From positions 1 through 36,736 of the IMG/VR virus record IMGVR_UViG_3300030376_003833: DNA of 36,736 nucleotides. One strand, 5' to 3'. A program made the translations under genes and the position numbers. The notes under the pieces were generated by a model, which searched no databases, was not told where the DNA came from, and was given only the letters and a program-made list of their open reading frames with translations. This stretch comes from a virus (lineage: Duplodnaviria; Caudoviricetes). Shown here piece after piece: positions 7,944 through 14,397 of the stretch. Positions within the stretch are counted from its first letter, which is position 1. Every line of letters begins with the position of its first letter.

Positions 7944-8837
7944 TAGATAGCTTGATAGACACAGGTCACAGAAAGGGACTGTCGTGTTACGTACATACCC
8001 CATGTCTATCAAGCTACCTACGTTGTTAAGCAAATTCTCTTACGAAAGAGAATAAGGTTTTCGTAGATAGCTCTCTGATGATGTAATCAGACAACTCAGT
8101 CTTATAGATATTTATTTATATTTCTTTATTGTCTAATACTGTGCTACTTATTTTGTTATCCAAGTTCTCTCTTGGAGAGAAAGAGGTTACCAATAGATAG
8201 CCTAGAACAGACACTATCGCTGTATGTACTGAGTTTATTACCACTCCGAGAAGTATCCACCTCTTCCCAATCCTAGTAGTACAAACAGTTTTCACTTACG
8301 TGAAGCATCTGCTCTAGGCTATCTACAACTCTTGCCGACTTATACAGTCCTCTATAGCGAGAGCTATGGTACAGAGCTATTGCTAGTCCTGTGTAGATAG
8401 CTTGTAACACACAACAAGGCTTGTTGATAAACGTTTCCACAATCCTATTTATCATTAACACTAACCCGTAATTTCAAAAGATATAAAACTTATTTATCCT
8501 TGTATAGATAAGTTTTTTCTCTTACCTTGTGTCGCTGTTTTGTGATACAAGTTATGTGCTACAAGCTACCTACGTTCAGTCGTTAGTCACAGGGCATTTG
8601 GAACTAACTCTTACTTGTAGATAGCTTGTAACACACATCAACTTGTAAATTATCCTATACCTTTACAAGTGCTAGTAGATTTTCTATATAGGTCAAATCG
8701 TACCTCTTATGTGCTACAAGCTATCTACTGTAGGTGGGCGAAACTGGAAGTTTTGTATGTTTATATCGCCTTTCCTCGCTTTGTACACGAGTTCCAACCT
8801 TAGTAACCTACATAGATAGCTAATTGCTTTGGCTATC
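7944..8837 (-). ncRNA. Array of conserved-stem / variable-insert hairpins, candidate processed small-RNA cassette
   Basis: TAGATAGC (+) occurs at 7944, 8064, 8194, 8394, 8618 and 8813. The complementary GCTAYCTAC occurs at 8013, 8318, 8565 and 8720. Stems: 7944-7961/8003-8020, 8194-8211/8308-8325, 8393-8412/8554-8573, 8617-8636/8709-8728. Their mismatches are G-U on the minus strand. No convincing ORF lies here. Confidence 0.7.
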
Positions 8838-9156
8838 AGCTTATCAGTTGCTTCTTACGTACTGAAGCATCTCTAAAATCTTCGATATCAACTTGTGATT
8901 GAGATGTGTGGTAAAACAACCAACCCAACTCACAAGGGAGTAAAGCAACTCGTTGTCCACAACAGGTCTGTCTTACTTCCCATGTGTTCATGCAATCGAG
9001 TGCAGTATTCTCTCTATCGATTTTCACAACCATGAAATAACGCTTGGTCAAGTCATTAGACATTTCACATTTCTTGTGAGTGTTAACCCATCTGTAATGA
9101 GAACTCTTACCCAAGTGTCTATCCCATAGTCTTTTACTTACGAACGTATATTTCAT
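8836..9156 (-). CDS. Hypothetical Cys/His-containing protein, directly upstream of the hairpin array
   Basis: 106 aa, AGAAAGGATA RBS. Confidence 0.75.
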   Translation of the reverse strand: MKYTFVSKRLWDRHLGKSSHYRWVNTHKKCEMSNDLTKRYFMVVKIDRENTALDCMNTWEVRQTCCGQRVALLPCELGWLFYHTSQSQVDIEDFRDASVRKKQLIS

Positions 9157-9216
9157 ACGTATCCTTTCTGCCGATTTCCAATCAGCTTAACAAACCTTTC
9201 TCACGTACTGAAGCAA

Positions 9217-9546
9217 TCAAAAACTTCTCCACATTACGATACCTTCTGTACCTGTATGTGTCTTAACTTCTTCCCAATGCCAGTCCATTGAGTAATCTCC
9301 TACTACTACTTCTTCATCTAGGTATGGTACGAGCTTGTCATCAATACCCCATACCTCTACGAAGTCATTAAATATCGTGTAGCTGTATTCATCTTCACTA
9401 ACGAAGTGAACACAAGCCATGAAGTCATCAAAATATTTATCTTGATAGTGTTCCAAGAACACATCGTAAATAGCTTGACACTCGTCCTCGTCATAGCTCA
9501 CTTGACGTTCCATTACATCTCTAACTGTGTATTTACTTTTACTCAT
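9217..9546 (-). CDS. ArdA-like acidic antirestriction / DNA-mimic protein (putative)
   Basis: Highly D/E-rich. GIDDKLVPYLDEEVVVGDY resembles the ArdA C-terminal IPxxLxxYxDyexxxrD pattern. Located in the early region. Confidence 0.55.
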   Translation of the reverse strand: MSKSKYTVRDVMERQVSYDEDECQAIYDVFLEHYQDKYFDDFMACVHFVSEDEYSYTIFNDFVEVWGIDDKLVPYLDEEVVVGDYSMDWHWEEVKTHTGTEGIVMWRSF

Positions 9547-9625
9547 CGTCTCTCTCTCTGTTTCTGTTACAACCTGTACATCTGTACTCGTTCCAATAAG
9601 TTAATTCATAATTACATACATGCAT
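9539..9625 (-). CDS. Putative 28-aa peptide MHVCNYELTYWNEYRCTGCNRNRERDDE
   Basis: Translated by hand. TAATG coupling upstream, overlaps the next start, HxC...CxxC pattern. Confidence 0.5.
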   Translation of the reverse strand: MHVCNYELTYWNEYRCTGCNRNRERDDE

Positions 9626-10071
9626 TAGCACACCTCACATTCTTGTAATCCACTAGGTATCGCCATACCACATGAGCAGTAACTCGCAAAGAGTTCTGCA
9701 TGTGATTGACAACAACCTTGCTCTATATTATGGTCGAACCTTTTCACGTATCGATGGTTACCATCTCTAACATAGTTAGATACTTCGTCTTGCAATAAAG
9801 CTCTACGTTTTTCTAACTCTTGTACGTTACGAGTTTCTTTGCAATCTCTACACATACCGTATCGACTGAGGTGTTTACCACATAGCGAACAGCATGGTAC
9901 TTCTTTTGCACCTATGTCTACATGTTCTATTCTCATACCTGATAGGTTTGGAATATCTGTACGAGTAATTGTTTTACTTGCTCGTATAGTTCTGCTATCC
10001 GATTGTATGAAGTCTACATCTACGGCAACTTTCATACGAGGGATAGTGCTTGTACGTTTTGTTTTACTCAT
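9625..10071 (-). CDS. Cys-rich zinc-binding protein, start re-assigned to MSKTKR at 10071
   Basis: CSLC...CRDC plus further Cys pairs. ATGA overlap with the upstream small ORF. Confidence 0.7.
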   Translation of the reverse strand: MSKTKRTSTIPRMKVAVDVDFIQSDSRTIRASKTITRTDIPNLSGMRIEHVDIGAKEVPCCSLCGKHLSRYGMCRDCKETRNVQELEKRRALLQDEVSNYVRDGNHRYVKRFDHNIEQGCCQSHAELFASYCSCGMAIPSGLQECEVC

Positions 10072-10172
10072 AAGCAATAACACCTTTCTATAATCAAAGT
10101 GCCTTCCTCATGTGTTTCTTCTAGTCCGTATGGACACCACATATTCGGGTGGTCGTATATTTTTCCGTCCAT
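10068..10172 (-). CDS. Putative 34-aa peptide MDGKIYDHPNMWCPYGLEETHEEGTLIIERCYCL
   Basis: Translated by hand. Fills the gap exactly and ends in an ATGA overlap. Confidence 0.55.
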   Translation of the reverse strand: MDGKIYDHPNMWCPYGLEETHEEGTLIIERCYCL

Positions 10173-10173
10173 G

Positions 10174-10401
10174 TTAGAAATACTCTTTCTTGAATACATC
10201 TCTGTGGTTTTCTTGCTGATACTCAACACGATTGTATTTACAATTCATATCGAATATATACCAAGCCAAGTCTCTCAACTTGTTGTACACAGTAGTAAAT
10301 AAACTATCTAACCATTTGTAACGTGGTTTAGTTTCAGTTGTAAAGTACTTCTCTACACCTACCTTTATTAGTTTATAGTTATATCTTTTTTGGTTTCTCA
10401 T
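10174..10401 (-). CDS. Hypothetical basic protein
   Basis: 75 aa, AGAAAGGATA RBS. Confidence 0.75.
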   Translation of the reverse strand: MRNQKRYNYKLIKVGVEKYFTTETKPRYKWLDSLFTTVYNKLRDLAWYIFDMNCKYNRVEYQQENHRDVFKKEYF

Positions 10402-10503
10402 GACTTATCCTTTCTCTTGTACGTTATCCACATCTGCAAAGCCAAAGCAAATGTTTTCATTTACATTAATCAGCTAGCCTCACGTATTGAAGCTAGCTAT
10501 TTT

Positions 10504-10758
10504 CTACTTGTAGTGATTATTTATTTTTCCTATTCTGCTCATTGCTTCTCGTACTCCAAGGACAAATCCATAATGGTAAGCCCCATTCATATATTCGTCA
10601 AAGTCCCAATTCCTGAAACTTTCTATGCAATCGTTTCCGTCTTCAGGTTCGTTTCTGAAATCACTCTTGCTCCAATATCCTTCCTTGTAGTATTCCCACA
10701 CTTCTGCTTCGTGTTCTCTTATTACTTTTTCTAATATTTCTTTTTCTTTTTCATCCAT
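10504..10758 (-). CDS. Hypothetical protein
   Basis: 84 aa, AGAAAGGATA RBS, contains GAYHYGFVLGVREA. Confidence 0.8.
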   Translation of the reverse strand: MDEKEKEILEKVIREHEAEVWEYYKEGYWSKSDFRNEPEDGNDCIESFRNWDFDEYMNGAYHYGFVLGVREAMSRIGKINNHYK

Positions 10759-10858
10759 GTGTCTATCCTTTCTCTATGTGTTTGGTTTCCATGTGAAGCC
10801 AAATCGATTGACCTTTTAAGCAAATCATAAAAATCACACATATTGTATTTTTATATTT

Positions 10859-10996
10859 AAAATATTTATTTATAAATATTTTATGCTTATTAGTTTTATG
10901 GTTTGGTTTCAACAGTGAGTGTGGTAACCGTGTGTATGTGTGTGTAATAATGGTGTGGTTGTGTGGTTTATCAACAGTGATTGTGGTACTCGTGTG
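10859..10996. repeat. Two 26-nt imperfect direct repeats beside an AT-rich palindrome
   Basis: TCAACAGTGAgTGTGGTAacCGTGTG (10909-10934) versus TCAACAGTGAtTGTGGTActCGTGTG (10971-10996). Palindrome AAAATATTTA-ttta-TAAATATTTT at 10859-10882. Confidence 0.7.
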
Positions 10997-11011
10997 GGGA
11001 TATGTAGGTGT

Positions 11012-11047
11012 AAAAAAAATACCTAGTGAGCCGAAACCCACTAGGTA
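11012..11047 (-). terminator. Intrinsic terminator (minus strand)
   Basis: Minus strand reads TACCTAGTGGGT-TTCG-GCTCACTAGGTA followed by T8. It lies downstream of ORF 11153-11569. Confidence 0.85.
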
Positions 11048-11152
11048 AATTATATTAGATGTTATATACTATTGAATAGTATTGTGTATCTAGACAGTAA
11101 GTACAGTCAGCGATGTTTGTAAAGTCATCACAGTATGTACAATCGAACTCAT

Positions 11153-11569
11153 TTAGTTCTTCTTGGAAGGCATTTTGCCTGTGTCCAAGTAAGTCTGAAA
11201 GTTCTCGCTCGATAACTTCTGTATAGATTTGAAGAGTGTATTGTTCTTCTTGTCTGCTATCGAGCTTTTGACTTTTCCCGAGCTGAGTGTCTCCAATGTG
11301 GTTCTATTTTGTAGAACCATGTTGATGATTTTGTCAGGTGTTGCCGAGTTTGATATTACATCCCACTTAAATAAAAAGTGTTCTGTACCATCGGGGGCAA
11401 CATACGCTACGTTGTAGCGTCTCTTGAAGTTCAAGTCTTTTGATTGAGACATGTACTTGACTAAGTGTCCGTCATAGTCACTTAGTTGTTTGTTCTTTGA
11501 TTTAGATAAGTCTTGTGCCTTACCTATTCTTGTAGGAGCTATTGGAACTCCTGTTGGATATTTAGCCAT
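11153..11569 (-). CDS. Hypothetical basic protein, first gene of the leftward unit
   Basis: 138 aa, AGAAAGGA RBS, followed by its own terminator. Confidence 0.8.
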   Translation of the reverse strand: MAKYPTGVPIAPTRIGKAQDLSKSKNKQLSDYDGHLVKYMSQSKDLNFKRRYNVAYVAPDGTEHFLFKWDVISNSATPDKIINMVLQNRTTLETLSSGKVKSSIADKKNNTLFKSIQKLSSENFQTYLDTGKMPSKKN

Positions 11570-12537
11570 TTTGACTAGTCCTTTCTGTTATGTATGTACG
11601 TTCTGTACATACTTCGTACTCTTGTATGAAGTATGTATTCTATTTAAGTTTAACTAGATAAGAAAATTATCTACTGAATAGTATGTACTCGTTCGGAACG
11701 GAAAGAGCGACTAGGCTCTTACCTAGTCGATACGACTGAAGGATAATTTTATTATACGAATTAGAGAGATATGGATTATATGTTCTTACATATAATTTAG
11801 TATGAATATAAATTATGAGAGAGCCTAGCGAACTAGGAGAGCGTAGTGATTGAATAATTTGGTATGAATACTTAAGTATCGATTTAATGAGTAGTGTAGT
11901 TGTGGGATAGTTTGTTTCGTGTATAGACAGGGGGGTGTTTTTAGAAAGAGAAATATAGTCTATTACGTATATGTGTGGTACAGCTCATACGTATGCATAT
12001 CAGTACTAGTTAGTTATATATATAGGTATACGGGGATGTTACATAGTCGCGCAGGCATGACCTAGGTTTAACGTAGGTACGGGGTGTATATGTACTGTAA
12101 GCACCAGTAATATTAATGGTAATTCTTGGTAAAACTTAGGGCTAGTTACAGGTTACTTATGGGATTGTGTACTAATTAGGGGTAATCAATACACTGTTGA
12201 GACATACTAGCCCTGCTAGTAGCTTAACAGTTATTGGCAGTAATTGGTAGTATTTATATTAAATATTATTGTTTGTTCTAATGGAGTGTTGTTCGGTGTT
12301 CTTGTAGGCGTGCGGGCATATATGCTTAGTATTAAAAAAGCTCTGAAATGCTTTTACAATATCTTTCAGTGGTCCTTGGGTACTGCTTTTTGAGGTAATC
12401 CCTATCCTGACTTAAGAGTCAGTAAGCAGCTTTCGTACGCCCGATATCCGCTTTACCTGTAACCACATCTCAACATTGTGTTTGTTGAATTATAATAACA
12501 CACTTAAAAATATAATGTTGTTATTATTTATTACATT
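11570..12537. other. ~970-bp non-coding strand-switch region, candidate genome end / packaging / origin / promoter region
   Basis: No ORF of 60 aa or more. The transcription direction diverges here and short palindromes and hairpins are frequent. Confidence 0.6.
12369..12466 (-). ncRNA. Candidate structured RNA with a possible pseudoknot
   Basis: Nested pairings GTGGT/ACCAC, GGGTAC/GTACGCCC, CTGCTT/AAGCAG and CTGACT/AGTCAG, plus crossing AGGTAA/TTACCT. A minus-strand TATAAT lies at 12489-12494. Strand assignment is tentative. Confidence 0.4.
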
Positions 12538-13068
12538 ATGGGAACTATACACGAATTTAAAGATGATTACAACATTGGGCTACTAGGTGAAAACTTAATA
12601 AAAGATTATTATCACTCCAGGCGTACACAAGATGGAAACAATCTATATATAGTACGACCGGCACAGAAGTGGGAGCAGCAACAAGGTGCAGATTTTTTTG
12701 TAGTTAACAATGAGTTAGGTACAAAATACTTTGAAGTTAAAACAGATACACAGAGTAAAGATACAGGTAATGTAGCACTAGAGATACAAATAGATTATGG
12801 AGATAAAAAAACTATTGGATGTGCATTAAAAACTTTTCCGGACTTTCTTTTCTATTGGATATACCCAACTACAGAGGTATTGTATTGGAATCCACAAGAG
12901 CTAAATCCTTTTATTATTGACTGGCTACTTGATAACCCACGGATAGTAGAAACAAAAAATAAAAATTTTTTTTCTCGCTCTATGCTTATAAGCGTTGAGG
13001 ATTTAAAGAAAACACGCGTAGTTCGTACGTTAGATATACCATTAACGATAGTAGAAAAAAATAAATAA
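12538..13068 (+). CDS. PD-(D/E)XK restriction-endonuclease-like nuclease
   Basis: IGLLGENLI, GADFFV, YFEVKTD and GNVALE form the E...D...ExK catalytic arrangement. Confidence 0.75.
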   Translation: MGTIHEFKDDYNIGLLGENLIKDYYHSRRTQDGNNLYIVRPAQKWEQQQGADFFVVNNELGTKYFEVKTDTQSKDTGNVALEIQIDYGDKKTIGCALKTFPDFLFYWIYPTTEVLYWNPQELNPFIIDWLLDNPRIVETKNKNFFSRSMLISVEDLKKTRVVRTLDIPLTIVEKNK

Positions 13069-13086
13069 ATAGTATACACTCGGCTA

Positions 13087-13236
13087 ATGAAGAGAATAAC
13101 TCACTGTAAACAGTGTAAAATTATTTTTAAAATAAATGGTGGGTTTCGATACTGTGGTAATCTAGGTTGTACAGAATACAATAAAAAATTTGGAGGCAAA
13201 ATTGTACGGAAAAAAAATGAAGAAGAAGAAGAATAA
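13087..13236 (+). CDS. 49-aa zinc-finger-like protein, not in the track
   Basis: MKRITHCKQCKIIFKINGGFRYCGNLGCTEYNKKFGGKIVRKKNEEEEE. TACACT ends 6 nt before the ATG, so the mRNA may be leaderless. Confidence 0.6.
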   Translation: MKRITHCKQCKIIFKINGGFRYCGNLGCTEYNKKFGGKIVRKKNEEEEE

Positions 13237-13261
13237 AGGCAGAAAAAAAACTAGATACTAA
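13202..13261 (+). CDS. Putative 19-aa Lys-rich peptide MYGKKMKKKKNKGRKKTRY
   Basis: TTG start 5 nt after GGAGG. Composition matches the neighbouring basic genes. Confidence 0.5.
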   Translation: MYGKKMKKKKNKGRKKTRY

Positions 13262-13270
13262 GTATGAAAG

Positions 13271-13486
13271 GTGGAGTTAGTAGTGGCTAAAATTAAAAAT
13301 AAACGTAATATATTTACAACACCACAAGATTTGAAAGAATGGTCAATGGACCTTGCTGAAGCATGTGGTAGTATTATTACAAATAAAAAACCAAATATTA
13401 GTAAGATTGATAACTTGGTAAGTAAGTTTGTAGATGACTACAACAAAAATATGGAGAGTTTAAATGCCACCAAAGAAGAAGAGTAG
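13271..13486 (+). CDS. Hypothetical protein
   Basis: 71-aa ORF. The GTG at 13283, after GGAG, is a likelier start. Confidence 0.7.
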   Translation: MELVVAKIKNKRNIFTTPQDLKEWSMDLAEACGSIITNKKPNISKIDNLVSKFVDDYNKNMESLNATKEEE

Positions 13487-13751
13487 TACAAGGAAAAAAC
13501 CTGCTAGAAAACCTATTAACGCCAAAACTAAAGCAACATTACAAAAAAAAGCTAAGAACTCTAAGTATACGTACGGTCAGTTGGCATCTGTATACAGGCG
13601 TGGACAGGGTGCTTATCTTTCTTCGGGAAGTAAATCAGCTTCTATGGCAGCTTGGGCTATGGGTAGAGTTAACTCTTTTATTAGGGGTGGTCATCCTCAA
13701 GATAATGATTTAAAGAAAAAGGGTAGGTCTAGTGCCAAAAAAAAGAAGTAA
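13464..13751 (+). CDS. Basic protein, DUF5824-like (VYRRGQGAY...WAMGRVNSF)
   Basis: Motif recalled from a family common in aquatic phages. GGAG RBS. Confidence 0.7.
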   Translation: MPPKKKSSTRKKPARKPINAKTKATLQKKAKNSKYTYGQLASVYRRGQGAYLSSGSKSASMAAWAMGRVNSFIRGGHPQDNDLKKKGRSSAKKKK

Positions 13752-13926
13752 ACGTAAGGTTAAATACGAAAAAGGCGTACCTGCTAAATATTTAAAAAAC
13801 AAAAAAAATTCTAAATCATCAGTCGCTAAAGAAATAAAAAAAACTTCTAAACTATATAAAGAAGGTAAAAGAATAAATTTAAAAGCCGTACAGAAATCAA
13901 GAGCTACTAAAAAACGGAAGAGGTGA
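13732..13926 (+). CDS. Lys-rich small protein
   Basis: 64 aa, contains GVPAKYL. Confidence 0.7.
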   Translation: MPKKRSKRKVKYEKGVPAKYLKNKKNSKSSVAKEIKKTSKLYKEGKRINLKAVQKSRATKKRKR

Positions 13927-13930
13927 ATTG

Positions 13931-14107
13931 ATGAAAAAAATAAAAGGCGTTGATGTTTCATCTTTGACTACAAGACAACAGTCTACAATGAAAAAACATT
14001 CAAAACACCATACTAAAAAACATATTCAATATATGGTTAACTCTATGAAAAGAGGAACATCTTTTAGTAAAGCACATGTTAACGCACAAAAAAAAGTTGG
14101 TAAGTAA
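13931..14107 (+). CDS. 58-aa Lys/His-rich protein, not in the track
   Basis: MKKIKGVDVSSLTTRQQSTMKKHSKHHTKKHIQYMVNSMKRGTSFSKAHVNAQKKVGK. GAGGTGA RBS, TAATG coupling. Confidence 0.75.
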   Translation: MKKIKGVDVSSLTTRQQSTMKKHSKHHTKKHIQYMVNSMKRGTSFSKAHVNAQKKVGK

Positions 14108-14397
14108 TGGCACATGATTCTAGAAAAAAATCTATGTTAAAAAAACATGGATTAAAAGGAGTTAATAAACCTAAACGTACACCTAAGCATGCTACTAAAT
14201 CACATGTTGTTCTTGCTCAAGAAGGACATAAACTTAAGTTAATTAGATTTGGTCAACAAGGTGTAAGTGGTGCAGGCAAGAATCCAAAGTCTGCTAAAAA
14301 TAAAGCTAGACGTAAATCTTTTAAAGCCAGGCATGCTAAGAATATAAAAAAAGGAAAGATGTCTGCTGCATATTGGGCAGACAAAACTAAATGGTAG
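14107..14397 (+). CDS. Basic protein of a widespread phage family (KLIRFGQQG...RRKSFKARH...SAAYWA)
   Basis: 96 aa with a recognisable motif set. Function unknown. Confidence 0.8.
   Translation: MAHDSRKKSMLKKHGLKGVNKPKRTPKHATKSHVVLAQEGHKLKLIRFGQQGVSGAGKNPKSAKNKARRKSFKARHAKNIKKGKMSAAYWADKTKW

Noticed and set aside
8041-8085. Hammerhead ribozyme (GAAA...CTGATGA on +)
   Set aside because: Stem II lacks the required closing pair, stems I and III are weak, and it lies on the strand opposite to the operon.
8273-8461. 62-aa ORF in the array, and the 7925-7996 extension of the downstream ORF
   Set aside because: No RBS. The recurring QAIY peptide is simply the translated repeat arm.
7944-8837. CRISPR array or TIGR-type array
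   Set aside because: The repeats are inverted pairs with irregular spacing of 120-225 nt. There is no constant repeat-spacer period, and no cas or Nop-domain gene was recognised.
9466-9481. Arm-like sequence GTAAATAGCTTGACAC
   Set aside because: It lies inside a coding gene and I found no complementary partner arm nearby.
8824-10450. Long-range complement TTGCTTTGGC (8824) / GCCAAAGCAA (10441)
   Set aside because: A single 10-nt match is expected by chance in a sequence of this length.
10763-11041. 92-aa His/Thr-rich ORF
   Set aside because: It starts inside a terminator hairpin, lacks an RBS, and its composition reflects the CA-rich repeat tract.
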